Notes: generated by a model not told the origin, from the sequence alone. Counted from the stretch's first letter, positions 9,173 to 19,361 are shown. The stretch: 32,000 bases of DNA from Aliivibrio fischeri ES114 (GCF_000011805.1 NC_006840.2); one strand, 5' to 3'. Program-made: numbers and translations.

Positions 9173-9691
9173 TTATATGGTCTTTTTTGTCTCACTTGGG
9201 TCAATATCGTCGCCATTAACGTATTGATATTCATTATCATTTTCATTTATAGCGTCAGTATCAAGAGCAATTTCTTCGTCTGAAATCTCGTCTTGTTCTT
9301 CTTCAGGCTCGACTAACCATTCACGTAACTTGCTTGCTGTTTCACTGTCCAGTTTTGGTGGTGTTGAGTAGTTTGGCTCATCTTCCATCGCAAACTCTGG
9401 ATTCAAAAACATCTTACGAAGTGCTGCTTTTTTCAAGTTTTTGTCTACGCCTTCAGCCATAAATTGACTGACGTTACTTGTGCCTGTGATAGTGACTAAA
9501 TCTGCTTCGGTAGGCAGTTCAGGCTCTATCTCAGTTTCGCTTTCTTTTTCAACAGCAACACTAGGCTCAACAAGGGCTTGTGAATCTTCTACCGTGTCTG
9601 ATTCAGTATTTAATACTGGCTCATCACTGACTTCTTCACCCTGCTTAACCTTTTGTTTTCTTAAAGACCATCTACTTAGGAAGTTGCTCAC
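9173..9691 (-). CDS. DUF3306 domain-containing protein
   Basis: Begins (V)SNFLSRWSLRKQKVKQGE, typical of DUF3306 proteins in fdh loci. Probable GTG start inside the track ORF at 9691. Confidence 0.8.
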   Translation of the reverse strand: MSNFLSRWSLRKQKVKQGEEVSDEPVLNTESDTVEDSQALVEPSVAVEKESETEIEPELPTEADLVTITGTSNVSQFMAEGVDKNLKKAALRKMFLNPEFAMEDEPNYSTPPKLDSETASKLREWLVEPEEEQDEISDEEIALDTDAINENDNEYQYVNGDDIDPSETKKTI

Positions 9692-10130
9692 TTGCGCGCC
9701 CCGCACCTTTACGTTTTTTCTTACGAACTTCTAATAACTCACCGTGTTTACCAATATAAGCTTCTAACCATGCTTGCATCGGTAGCGGCATTGCTGTTGA
9801 AAGCACTAAATAATCACCATCCATATATTGTCCGATCATGCTTTGTGATGCGGTAATCATAACTGGTGTTAGTTGGTCATTATCGTTTTCAAAAGCAAAG
9901 AACAATTTAGGATCTTGTGAGCTTAGATTGAAACGATAATCCGTTCTTTCATCGCGGAAAATTTCTAAATCACGCTCAAACAGTGAAACATTATCTTGTG
10001 TCTCATTTACCTTCTCATAAAGATGAATATCACCAAGTCGCCATGATGGTGCACTCCAACGGCCAACTTGTTTGATTTCTTCAATCACTTCAAATTGTAA
10101 TGGCCATTTATTTTCTGTTTTCTGTTCCAC
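9672..10130 (-). CDS. DUF3305 domain-containing protein
   Basis: WPLQFEVIEEIKQVGRWSAPSWRLGDI… and RWxxPSW motif; overlaps the next gene start by ~20 nt; typical partner of DUF3306. Confidence 0.8.
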   Translation of the reverse strand: MEQKTENKWPLQFEVIEEIKQVGRWSAPSWRLGDIHLYEKVNETQDNVSLFERDLEIFRDERTDYRFNLSSQDPKLFFAFENDNDQLTPVMITASQSMIGQYMDGDYLVLSTAMPLPMQAWLEAYIGKHGELLEVRKKKRKGAGRASEQLPK

Positions 10131-10277
10131 AAGTTATCCTTCTTTTGATGAAGTTTTGTATTGCTATTTATACTCTAAAGCAAAGCTTGTACCAACCACG
10201 CTTTCTTTTTTTACTCTATGGTATAAAATTTGCCTAACCTAGATAAATAATCAAATCTCATTCATTTGGAGCTTACT

Positions 10278-11099
10278 TTGAGCCAATCACCTAAAATAAT
10301 TACTACTGGCACTGTACCAAAACAAACCATTTCTGTTGATGTTTATGATGAATATGGTGAAAAGCTAACAAAAGAGATCGCATGTGAACAACCTTTAACC
10401 GTAATGCTGAATTGGCAAGAAGTTGTAACGTTAATGACCCTTGGCGCTCGCCCTGCTGAGTTGGTCTTAGGGTACTTAAAGAACCAACATTTTGTTACTG
10501 ACGCTTCTCTTTTAGAATCGGTGATTATTGATTGGGAAACCAAAACGGCTGCTGTAAATACGAAAGAGACCACTGAACACGTTAAAGAAAACTTGAAGAA
10601 AAAGACGGTTACTTCAGGTTGTGGTCAAGGCACCATGTACGGCAACGTAATGAAGCAACTTGAAAACTATCAAGTACCACAAGTAACTATCAATCAATCT
10701 GATCTTTACGAATCATTAGAAGCGCTGACATATCACAACGATACTTACAAAGCAGCAGGTGCCGTGCATGGCTGTGCAGTGTGTAAAGACAATAAAGTGC
10801 TTTCATTTGTGGAAGATGTAGGTCGCCATAACGCAGTTGATACATTAGCTGGGGAGCTATGGTTAAAACAAGAAGCTGGTGATGACAAACTCTTCTACAC
10901 CACTGGTCGTTTAACGTCAGAAATGGTTATTAAAGTCGCTCAGATGGGCATTCCTGTTCTGCTTTCACGCTCTGGTGTAACTCAAATGGGTTTAGATTTA
11001 GCTAAGAAGTTTGGCATTACCATTATTGCTCGTGCAAAAGGTAAGCGTTTCCAAGTATTTGCTGGGCATGAAAAAATCAATTTTGATGTGAAAGGTTAA
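10278..11099 (+). CDS. fdhD: formate dehydrogenase accessory sulfurtransferase FdhD
   Basis: GCGQGTMYG, GAVHGCAVCKDNKVLSFVEDVGRHNAVDTLAGELWL, FYTTGRLTSEMVIKVAQMGIPVLLSRSGVT are hallmark FdhD motifs. Start uncertain: track start TTG 10266, but GGAG at 10268-10271 favours TTG 10278. Confidence 0.93.
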   Translation: MSQSPKIITTGTVPKQTISVDVYDEYGEKLTKEIACEQPLTVMLNWQEVVTLMTLGARPAELVLGYLKNQHFVTDASLLESVIIDWETKTAAVNTKETTEHVKENLKKKTVTSGCGQGTMYGNVMKQLENYQVPQVTINQSDLYESLEALTYHNDTYKAAGAVHGCAVCKDNKVLSFVEDVGRHNAVDTLAGELWLKQEAGDDKLFYTTGRLTSEMVIKVAQMGIPVLLSRSGVTQMGLDLAKKFGITIIARAKGKRFQVFAGHEKINFDVKG

Positions 11100-11109
11100 G
11101 TAGAGCCAT

Positions 11110-11231
11110 AGGGACTAGGTGCTAGGAAAAGCAGGAACGAGTGAGAGCGAAAAGCAGTTACTCGTCCCTGCTCTCACTCGCCACTAGTCCCTCAAGACTT
11201 ACTAATCCCTAGTCCCTAAAAACTAGTCCCT
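11110..11231. repeat. intergenic repeat cluster with direct and inverted copies
   Basis: CTAGTCCCT at 11184-11192, 11209-11217 and 11223-11231, an inverted copy AGGGACTAG at 11110-11118, and an 11-bp inverted repeat CGAGTGAGAGC (11138-11148) / GCTCTCACTCG (11170-11180). Confidence 0.75.
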
Positions 11232-11243
11232 GCTCTTACTCAC

Positions 11244-13361
11244 TTACTGATTATTCTCAAAAATAGCTCTGAACTCTTCATGATGCTCTAAGAATATATC
11301 GACAATCTTAGGGTCGAAAGAAACGCCCTTTTCTTCTTCGATGATCTTAATAGCCACTTCATGAGTAAAGCCTTCTTTGTAAATACGCTTTTGTCGTAAT
11401 GCGTCATACACATCCACAATACTTACAATTCGAGCTTCAATCGGAATCTCTTCACCTACTAAACTCAAGTATCCTTTACCATTCCATTTTTCATGATGGT
11501 AAAGCACGATATTTTTAGTTATCAAACTCAAGTCTGTATTCTTGATAATCTCATAACCAATGTTTACGTGTTTTTTCATTACGTCGAATTCATCAGGATC
11601 CAATTTTCCAGGTTTCTTCAATATGTAATGAGGTATACCAATCTTTCCAATGTCATGCAGCGAAGCAATCATACGAATTTCTTCTACAAACGAGTTTGGC
11701 ATATTCAATAAATTAGAAAGATGCTCAGAATATACGTTGATTCGCTTGTTATGCTCACTGGTTTCTTCATCACTGTATAATGAGGCCATTTCCAATGAAC
11801 CAATCAATGATTCGTTCATTCTTAAAAGACGAGCTTGTGCTTTTTTCTCTATATAAACTCGAGTTATCAACACGCCAATGATAAATAAGCTGACAAGTAG
11901 AACTGCGATTAGTAGCCAGAAATCATCTTTCTGATACTTTTCATTCTCATTGATATAGATGTTTTTAATCAAACGTTCATTATCTGATGATGTTGATATC
12001 AGATTAATGGCATTAAATAGTGCTTCATGCTCTTTCTTTACTGCGATATACACAGAGAATGTTTTGGTTAAGGTTCCTGCGGTTTTTAAATCATACATGT
12101 CATGGTTGATTGTATGATTCATTAATAAACGTTGGTCACCAAAAGCATAATCAACTCGTCCGTCATCTATTGCTTCAATGATCTCTTCAAAGGTATCAAA
12201 AAAGACCATTTTCACATTTAACGTATTGTTTTTTATATAATCGTAATAATAAGCGTTTTTCAGCATCCCTACCGTCGAGTAGTTTATATCTGCAATACGA
12301 GATATAAAGTTCCCTTCTAACTTATTAAATACTGACAATTCAAAACTGTAATACGGTTTTGTTAGAAGATATTTATCTGTGATGCACTCATTTTCAAATG
12401 TTGATAATAAAACATCATAATCTTTACACTTACCAACACTTGGCTCAGTAAAGGTGACCGAATCTTTAAATATTCGCTTAATACTGTCGAACAACGTAGG
12501 TGCAATGCCGTGATACTCTTCATTAACTAAGTAGCTTGCAGGAAACTCATTAACGCCATAACCAACACTGACGCTTGATCCTTTAAGTTCACTACTTCCT
12601 TTAAAAAGATACAAAAAGTAATCTTCACGGGATTTTTTAACAAACGCTTTTACTTCTTCTGATTTCAACTCAATAAAGTATTTTACTAATACGCTATACA
12701 ATTCAGATTGCGATTTTGGTATTGCAAATGAGGTATATAGGTTATTCAATCTTGGTAAGTTTAATGTCGGAAATGCTTTGTCCGTTATTTCTTGTGTATC
12801 AGCAACAAAAGCGTCAATCTCTCCGGAATTAAGAGCGTTTATCAGTGAATTAACATCCGCAAATTTTACTGGTGTATATTGTATAGAATCAGAGTATTGT
12901 TCAATAAAATTCGTCGTAGAAAACCAATCTTCAACTAAGCCAATTTTCTTATTATTTAAACTTACAAGATCAATAATTTGATCCGTATTTTTATAAAAAA
13001 CTTTGGTGCTTACACGATACAATGTTGGGACAAAAAAATAGTTTTCTTTTCTGTTTTCAGTATCAGCAAAATCTAAATAAGCCCCACTCTCTAAACGGTC
13101 AAACATTGCATGTAAATCATCAATGTCTTTTACTTTTAGTTGGAAGTTTGTATTGAGTTTTTTGTTAATATCTTGAATTAGGTTGCTGTACAGTCCTTTT
13201 GGTGCCCCATCCTCAATAAAAAATAATCTTGAATTATAATCATTGTTATAAAACACAAAATTTTTATTGTTTTGTATCCATACTTGCTCTTCCTCTGTTA
13301 AATCCATTGAAGAAACAAATGAAGAAAAAACACACATGATAAAAACGAAAATTCGTTTCAA
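11244..13361 (-). CDS. membrane sensor with solute-binding-type (SBP_bac_3-like) periplasmic region and C-terminal HD-GYP domain
   Basis: HD-GYP hallmarks ASLHDIGKIGIPHYILKKPGKLDPDEF, HHEKWNGKGY, ARIVSIVDVYDAL; TM segment DFWLLIAVLLVSLFIIGVLI; periplasmic region with features of bacterial solute-binding type 3 proteins. Start uncertain (TTG 13361 proposed; track start 13466 gives a long non-signal-like leader). Confidence 0.8.
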   Translation of the reverse strand: MKRIFVFIMCVFSSFVSSMDLTEEEQVWIQNNKNFVFYNNDYNSRLFFIEDGAPKGLYSNLIQDINKKLNTNFQLKVKDIDDLHAMFDRLESGAYLDFADTENRKENYFFVPTLYRVSTKVFYKNTDQIIDLVSLNNKKIGLVEDWFSTTNFIEQYSDSIQYTPVKFADVNSLINALNSGEIDAFVADTQEITDKAFPTLNLPRLNNLYTSFAIPKSQSELYSVLVKYFIELKSEEVKAFVKKSREDYFLYLFKGSSELKGSSVSVGYGVNEFPASYLVNEEYHGIAPTLFDSIKRIFKDSVTFTEPSVGKCKDYDVLLSTFENECITDKYLLTKPYYSFELSVFNKLEGNFISRIADINYSTVGMLKNAYYYDYIKNNTLNVKMVFFDTFEEIIEAIDDGRVDYAFGDQRLLMNHTINHDMYDLKTAGTLTKTFSVYIAVKKEHEALFNAINLISTSSDNERLIKNIYINENEKYQKDDFWLLIAVLLVSLFIIGVLITRVYIEKKAQARLLRMNESLIGSLEMASLYSDEETSEHNKRINVYSEHLSNLLNMPNSFVEEIRMIASLHDIGKIGIPHYILKKPGKLDPDEFDVMKKHVNIGYEIIKNTDLSLITKNIVLYHHEKWNGKGYLSLVGEEIPIEARIVSIVDVYDALRQKRIYKEGFTHEVAIKIIEEEKGVSFDPKIVDIFLEHHEEFRAIFENNQ

Positions 13362-13476
13362 TTTGCATACACCATAACAATCAATAAACACAAATAAGTG
13401 CAAAAAACGCACACTAACAAAGCACTCTGCAAATGTATAATGGAATTTATTGCACCTATCAATCAATAAAATTTAT

Positions 13477-14640
13477 CTAACTTTTCTCATTAAATTCTTT
13501 TTGAAATTTAAGCACTTTTTCTAAATATCTACGAGCTTCAGCCTTAGGATGTTTGTTTGTTAACGCCCAATAAAGCTGATTTGGTTGCAAACTATTTATC
13601 TCATCAATGGCTTTAGTTCGGCTTGGATCAAATGTTGAGAAAACGCCACCTGAGCCCCCGTTATAAGCCGAGATCATACTGTAATGCTTATTAGTTGGAT
13701 GTTTGATGTCTCTTAAATAACGATTCTTTAAAATATAGAAATACGCTGTACCAGTATCGATATTATGCGCAGGGTTAAACAAGTACTCTTTTGTTGGGAT
13801 CCCCGGCTTATTCTTAACTAATTTAAAAACATCCGCTCCTGCGGTTTTTGGGATCACTTGCATTAAACCGTAAGCGCCTGCATGGCTTACAGCATAAGGG
13901 TTAAAGCTGCTCTCTGTCTGAATAATTGCATAGATTAAGTCGATTGAAATATCGTACTCTTTTGATGCTTTTTTTATTAAATCAGCATATTGAAATTCAC
14001 GTTGCTCTAAATGGTCATCAACCATAGATATCTCAACATAATACGCTTTACCATTTTTAATGGTTTTAGTTTGTAGCTTATTTTCGATTAAGTAATCAGC
14101 ATAACGCCCTGCTCGCCATGGCCATTCAATGTCTTTATTCTCTTGGTCTTTAATTTGGCCAAGTAAGAATGGACGTCCACGCAACGGAATCGATTTATCG
14201 CTAAATAAATCCACATGTGATGGGTCTGCTGGCATTAATACGGTGCCGATGATCGCTTTCTTCAACGTTTCTTTTGGTTGGTATTGAGAGATCGTCGAAA
14301 CGTAAATTTTGCCTTTATCAAAATCGATATGTGCGCGAGTTCTATATCCATCCAAATACTTAACGTAACGATGCTTACCCGCTTCTAGAAACTCTTTATC
14401 TCCCCATGTTTTATGAACATGATTAGCAAGATTTTCTAACTGCTCTTCAATGCTTTGATTTGGTTTTGACGTGCTAGGTTTCCAAGAATCTGGCTTTGAA
14501 GTTGTATTATTGTTCGAGTTAGTAATGTCACTCTCGCAATTACATGAATTCGAGTTAGGTCTTTGGAAATTGCCATCAAAAATAGGCGTACAAGAGACTG
14601 TCGCTAAAGAAATAATAAAAGGAATTAATACGTTTTTCAT
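13477..14640 (-). CDS. mltC: membrane-bound lytic murein transglycosylase C-like lipoprotein
   Basis: Lipobox-like IISLATVSCTPIF; SLT motifs IYAIIQTESSFNPYAVSHAGAYGLMQVIPKTAG, NIDTGTAYFYIL, ISAYNGGSGG; N-terminal region resembles the MltC-specific domain. Start at the internal ATG 14640. Confidence 0.88.
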   Translation of the reverse strand: MKNVLIPFIISLATVSCTPIFDGNFQRPNSNSCNCESDITNSNNNTTSKPDSWKPSTSKPNQSIEEQLENLANHVHKTWGDKEFLEAGKHRYVKYLDGYRTRAHIDFDKGKIYVSTISQYQPKETLKKAIIGTVLMPADPSHVDLFSDKSIPLRGRPFLLGQIKDQENKDIEWPWRAGRYADYLIENKLQTKTIKNGKAYYVEISMVDDHLEQREFQYADLIKKASKEYDISIDLIYAIIQTESSFNPYAVSHAGAYGLMQVIPKTAGADVFKLVKNKPGIPTKEYLFNPAHNIDTGTAYFYILKNRYLRDIKHPTNKHYSMISAYNGGSGGVFSTFDPSRTKAIDEINSLQPNQLYWALTNKHPKAEARRYLEKVLKFQKEFNEKS

Positions 14641-14838
14641 CGATGTCCTAAATAGCGAATTGAATGGATTTTTCAATGCACTGGGATAGATTACACATTA
14701 GGTGTTACCAATAAGGAGGCGTATTTTACACATTGTTTATTTTTTTGGAATAGCATACGAAACAAACTTCATAAGTTTTTTTACAAGGTGTTGCCTTACA
14801 CAACATTGGAAACAAAATCACACTTTTTTGACGTAAAA

Positions 14839-14861
14839 AAACCGTCACTATTGGACGGTTT
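14839..14861. terminator. Rho-independent terminator (MCP gene)
   Basis: AAACCGTC…GACGGTTT stem flanked by A-run and T-run; downstream of the minus-strand MCP gene. Confidence 0.8.
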
Positions 14862-14880
14862 TTTACTGTTTATTAATAAG

Positions 14881-16773
14881 TTACAGTTTATATCGTTTAA
14901 TTTCTTCTTCTAATGAATCAGCTAACGATTTTAATGACTCAGCCTGCAGTGCTGCGGTCTCAGCCTCATGCGCCATTTGGTTTGCTACTTCCTGAACCCC
15001 TTCTGTATTTCGACTAATTTCAGCCGTAACACTTGACTGCTCTTCTGCAGCAGAAGCAATTTGAGTCGCCATATCGCTAATCACATTAATTTGCGCAGCA
15101 ATATTCCCAATACTGACTCCCGCTTCATCGACATCTTTTACGCTTGTTTCTGCCAAGTGATGACTGTCCGACATGACTGAAACCGCTTCTTGTGTTGTTG
15201 ATTGAAGCGTTTCTATCATGGCTTGAATCTCTTCTGTTGAAGTATGGGTTCGTTGAGACAAAACTCGAACTTCATCAGCCACAACCGCAAATCCTCGACC
15301 TTGTTCGCCAGCACGTGCCGCTTCGATTGCTGCGTTTAATGCGAGTAAGTTTGTTTGCTCGGCTATCGAACGAATGGTGGCCAAAATTGAACTGATTTTG
15401 AGTGCGTGTCCGTTAAGATCTTCAATGATGCCCACCGCACTATTTACCTCACGAGCAAGATTTCCGATAGATGCTTGGCTTTGATTTGCTTGATCGTGAC
15501 CTGTTTGTGTTAATCCCACCGCTTGCTCTGCCGATTTAGCAGTGTTTTCAGCATTTCCAGCAATCTCTTGTGTCGCACTCGCCATCTCAGTTACTGCAGT
15601 AGCAACCATGGTGATTTCATCTTGTTGATGACGAATATTTTGACTGCGTTGAACGGCTGAATCTGCACTTTCTGCTGCTGAGCGATTTAACTCAAAAGTT
15701 ATTTCACGTAAATTTGATGCCATCGCATGCAAGCGTGATACGAACTGGTTGAAGTTATCTGCTAACTTACCCACTTCATCATCCGATTTAACATTAATAC
15801 GAACCGTAAGGTCGCCTTCGCCATTTGCGATATCCGCTAATGCATCCGAAACTGTGCCAAGTTCTCGTAATTGACGAGTAACAAGCCATCCTGTGAACAT
15901 AGATACAAACAGTAAGATTAACACTCCAATGGACAGCAATTCAAAAAGCATTGAATTTAATGGCGCTTCTAATGTCTCTTTGTCCATCACCAAGGTAATT
16001 GCCCAATTGGTATTTGGAACCGCCGTGATCATGACCGCTTTCTCTTTCCCATTCTCTTCGGTAAAGAAAAAACCATCAGATGCAATTTCATTACTTAAAT
16101 TGTTAGCATCGAATCCATTACCAAGTTCTGAAATTGGTTTTAACGCCATTTTCTCATTTGGGTGAGCAACAACGATTTTATTACTCACATCCAGTAGCAT
16201 GGCATAACCATTACCTGGAACTGGAATATCAAGAACATCATCAATTAATGCCCCTAATGCCAAGTTAGATGCAGTCACACCGACAATACGCCCATTTTCA
16301 CGAACGGGTTCAGTTAAGGTAACAACAAGAGCTTGCATCGTATGACTAACATAAGGCTTTGTTGTTATACCCTTATTAGCTGCCAATGTTTCTTTGTACC
16401 AGCCACGAGTTCGCGGATCATAACCGGCTTTGTTTAACGATGGATCTTGGCGTTGCATCACAGCATTTTCGTCACCGTAATAACTTAAGCCAAAACCACC
16501 TGATGTGAATGTTTGCTTTAAATGAGCGACCATATCTAAGTTAGGATCTCGCTCTATTGCTTCTTTCATAGCAACAATCGCATCTTGGCGACCTTTAAAC
16601 CAATCGCCAATACCTAAGCTATAAGCCTTCGCTGTATTTCCACTTTCACTTTGAATGGCATCCCAGGCTTGAGTTTTCATTGTCTGATACGAGAAAGTAC
16701 CAAGAGATACAATGGTTAATACAATAAGCGCAAGACTCGTCAACACGAGTTTAGTTTTTAATGTTAGATGCAT
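14881..16773 (-). CDS. methyl-accepting chemotaxis protein with Cache-type sensor and HAMP
   Basis: [39 protein letters not shown] (Cache), HAMP region [27 protein letters not shown], signalling tip [37 protein letters not shown]. Start at internal [14 protein letters not shown] (approximately 16773). Confidence 0.95.
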   Translation of the reverse strand: MHLTLKTKLVLTSLALIVLTIVSLGTFSYQTMKTQAWDAIQSESGNTAKAYSLGIGDWFKGRQDAIVAMKEAIERDPNLDMVAHLKQTFTSGGFGLSYYGDENAVMQRQDPSLNKAGYDPRTRGWYKETLAANKGITTKPYVSHTMQALVVTLTEPVRENGRIVGVTASNLALGALIDDVLDIPVPGNGYAMLLDVSNKIVVAHPNEKMALKPISELGNGFDANNLSNEIASDGFFFTEENGKEKAVMITAVPNTNWAITLVMDKETLEAPLNSMLFELLSIGVLILLFVSMFTGWLVTRQLRELGTVSDALADIANGEGDLTVRINVKSDDEVGKLADNFNQFVSRLHAMASNLREITFELNRSAAESADSAVQRSQNIRHQQDEITMVATAVTEMASATQEIAGNAENTAKSAEQAVGLTQTGHDQANQSQASIGNLAREVNSAVGIIEDLNGHALKISSILATIRSIAEQTNLLALNAAIEAARAGEQGRGFAVVADEVRVLSQRTHTSTEEIQAMIETLQSTTQEAVSVMSDSHHLAETSVKDVDEAGVSIGNIAAQINVISDMATQIASAAEEQSSVTAEISRNTEGVQEVANQMAHEAETAALQAESLKSLADSLEEEIKRYKL

Positions 16774-16989
16774 AATACGTCTACTTCTAATAATTTTAAT
16801 TGGTGATATATGCGGAAACAGTAAAACGAACCTAGCCAACCACGGTTTACTGACATATATCTCATAATTGAAACAAATAGTTACACAACGCATCATATAA
16901 CATTCGACGCACATCAAAATGTGTTCATTTTCACAAACTTAACTGTCTATCTCGTTAAATCTCTTATAATTTCTTCAGGCATAAAAAAA

Positions 16990-17017
16990 CCTAAGAACAA
17001 TTAACATTATTCTTAGG
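16990..17017 (-). terminator. Rho-independent terminator for the pcp operon
   Basis: CCTAAGAA…TTCTTAGG 8-bp stem with an A-run on the left, giving a U-tract on the minus strand. Confidence 0.88.
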
Positions 17018-17041
17018 CTTTAAAAAGTGAGGCTAATTATC

Positions 17042-17680
17042 TTAACAGATCGTTCCCGCACCTTGTTGGATATCAGAATCGTTATCAATGATGGCTTGCG
17101 CCGCTATTGCTAAACCTTCTGCAATTTGCTCAAGTTTCATCGTTGGTTGTGAACCATCAACCGATTGCTCTGGTAATAATGGAATATGTACAAAACCATG
17201 ACGAACATTCGTGTCTTTTAAGTAATGTTGTATTCCATAAAACAGGTGGTTACACACAAATGTCCCTGCGGTATTTGAAACCGTGGCAGGTATGCCTTGC
17301 GCTTGAATTTCACTGACCATTGCTTTGATAGGAAGTGTCGTAAAGTAAGCGTCAGGCCCACCAGCGACAACAGGTTCATCAATAACTTGGATACCCTCGT
17401 TATCAGGGATTCTAAAATCGTCTACATTAATGGCAATACGTTCTGGTGTAATGGCAGCACGTCCTGATGCTTGACCCACAGTAATAACCGCATACGGTTG
17501 TTGCTCTTCAATTGCTTGTTTTACTGTTTCAATAGATTTGTATCGAACCACTGGAACCTGACAAATAACAATCTCACCACCATTAAGCTTGCGCCCTGCA
17601 ATTAACTTAACCGCTTCCAATGCAGGATTGATTTTATCGTTACCAAATGGTTCAAAACCCGTAATTAAAATCTTTTTCAT
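17042..17680 (-). CDS. pcp: pyroglutamyl-peptidase I (pyrrolidone-carboxylate peptidase)
   Basis: [46 protein letters not shown], catalytic Cys region [25 protein letters not shown]. Confidence 0.96.
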
Positions 17681-17691
17681 TGCCTAATTCC

Positions 17692-18597
17692 CTAAAACGC
17701 AAACAGATACATAAATGTAGTATTAATAAGTAACATGATAAAACCAGGAATAAACTGAGTAATAATCACTTGGTTTTTATTCTCTAACTCTAATAGTGCG
17801 GCAGGTACAACATTAAAATTGGCCGCCATCGGTGTCATTAATGTTCCGCAATAACCAGAAACCATACCAAGTACACCAACGATCACTGGGTTACCGCCCA
17901 TTTCAACCATAAGTAGTGGAATACCAATACCTGCAGTGATAACAGCAAAAGCAGCAAACGCATTACCCATCACAATGGTGAAGACAGCCATGCCGAATGT
18001 ATAAGCAATAACGTAAGCTAAAACGCTACCATGAGGCACAATTTCTTTTACGATTTGTGAAACGGTATCACCAACACCCGCTTGACCAAACAGATAACCA
18101 AGTGCAGCTAAGAATTGCGACAAAATAGCCGCCCAACCAATGGTATCAATTAAACGACGACCTTCATGTATGCTTTGCACAGGTCGACATTTAGTCATTC
18201 CGTTTGCAACTAATAAAGCCGCAACAGAGCTTATCCCTAAACCAATAAGCGCACTTTCACCAGTTACTTGGCTCCATAAAATGGTACCGACAGGAACGAT
18301 GATCGCAGGAAGAAATAGCATGTTTTGTAATGATTTCGCACTGGCTTTTCTAAATTCATTATCACTTGAATGATAAGAACCAATCCCCATTAATCCCGCA
18401 GAAGCAATCAGTGTCATAAGTAACACCAGAACGCCGACAAACCAATCAGGTAAAATGCTTCCTAAACAGAAAGAAACACCATATGCCAACCAAAATAAAC
18501 CTGTACCAATTGCTTTTGGATTTTCCTTATCCATAAAGCTTTGAACCGAAAAGGCAATTAATAATAAACCCGTTGCTTGATAAATATATTCTAACAT
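17692..18597 (-). CDS. DUF979 family membrane protein (putative transporter component)
   Basis: Multi-TM protein of about 300 aa, TKCRPVQSIHEGRRLIDTIGWAAILSQFLAALGYLF, MGGNPVIVGVLGMVSGYCGTLMTPMAANFNVVPAALLEL; adjacent to DUF969 and pcp. Confidence 0.82.
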   Translation of the reverse strand: MLEYIYQATGLLLIAFSVQSFMDKENPKAIGTGLFWLAYGVSFCLGSILPDWFVGVLVLLMTLIASAGLMGIGSYHSSDNEFRKASAKSLQNMLFLPAIIVPVGTILWSQVTGESALIGLGISSVAALLVANGMTKCRPVQSIHEGRRLIDTIGWAAILSQFLAALGYLFGQAGVGDTVSQIVKEIVPHGSVLAYVIAYTFGMAVFTIVMGNAFAAFAVITAGIGIPLLMVEMGGNPVIVGVLGMVSGYCGTLMTPMAANFNVVPAALLELENKNQVIITQFIPGFIMLLINTTFMYLFAF

Positions 18598-18606
18598 GAT
18601 GAATCC

Positions 18607-19284
18607 CTACTCTTGCTTACCAGCTTTTGCCAAACGCGAATCTTCTATCCATGCTCGAACATAAAACACAACACATGATGCCAATGCGGTTGGAATTGCC
18701 CACATAAACATATCGTTTAACGCTACACTGTAACCGTGTTCTTCCAACACGCCTTTGATAAGCAATAAACCACCTGCACCAATAAAGATCAGCTGACTAA
18801 AGAAGTTAGCAAAGTTTTCACTCATTGCAGCTAAAGCACGCAAATGTTGCTTCTCTTTATTCGTTAATGGTTTTCTGTCTTTTTCTGCAGCAGCTTCTGC
18901 CATTGGAGCAACCAGCGGACGGATCATTGATGGGTGACCACCCAGATTCAAACCAAGTGCATTCGTCACTTTACGTAATAATAGATACGTAAGCATCACA
19001 CGACCTGCTGATGCTTGCTTGATTGAACCAATCAAGGTTTCTGCTCTTTCTCTTAATCCAAAACGCTCTAGAACCCCTATCATAGGTAGAACAAGAATGA
19101 ATAAAGACATATAGCGGTTTTGCGTAAAAGAAGCCCCGAGGATTGATAAAATCTCGATAAAATCAATCTTAGCAACCAGACCTGTAACAATACCGGCGGT
19201 TAAAATAACTAATAAAGTGTTCAAGCGTAATGCAAGACCGACTGTGATGATTAAGACACCAATTAATGGCCAAAAATCAATCAT
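18607..19284 (-). CDS. DUF969 family membrane protein (putative transporter component)
   Basis: Multi-TM ~225 aa; LNLGGHPSMIRPLVAPMAEAAAEKDRKPLTNKEKQHLRALAAMSENFANFFSQLIFIGAGGLLLI; adjacent to DUF979. Confidence 0.82.
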   Translation of the reverse strand: MIDFWPLIGVLIITVGLALRLNTLLVILTAGIVTGLVAKIDFIEILSILGASFTQNRYMSLFILVLPMIGVLERFGLRERAETLIGSIKQASAGRVMLTYLLLRKVTNALGLNLGGHPSMIRPLVAPMAEAAAEKDRKPLTNKEKQHLRALAAMSENFANFFSQLIFIGAGGLLLIKGVLEEHGYSVALNDMFMWAIPTALASCVVFYVRAWIEDSRLAKAGKQE

Positions 19285-19361
19285 ATTACATCCTTATAAA
19301 TAGTATCTTTACTCCCATAGCAAGATACAGTTAGTTTTTTAAAATGGGTAAAACCAAACAA

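Noticed and set aside
10343-10573. Minus-strand ORF inside fdhD
   Set aside because: Antisense to an unambiguous fdhD coding frame.
11110-11231. Considered a CRISPR array because of repeated CTAGTCCCT
   Set aside because: Repeats are only 9 bp, irregularly spaced, partly inverted, and no cas genes are nearby.
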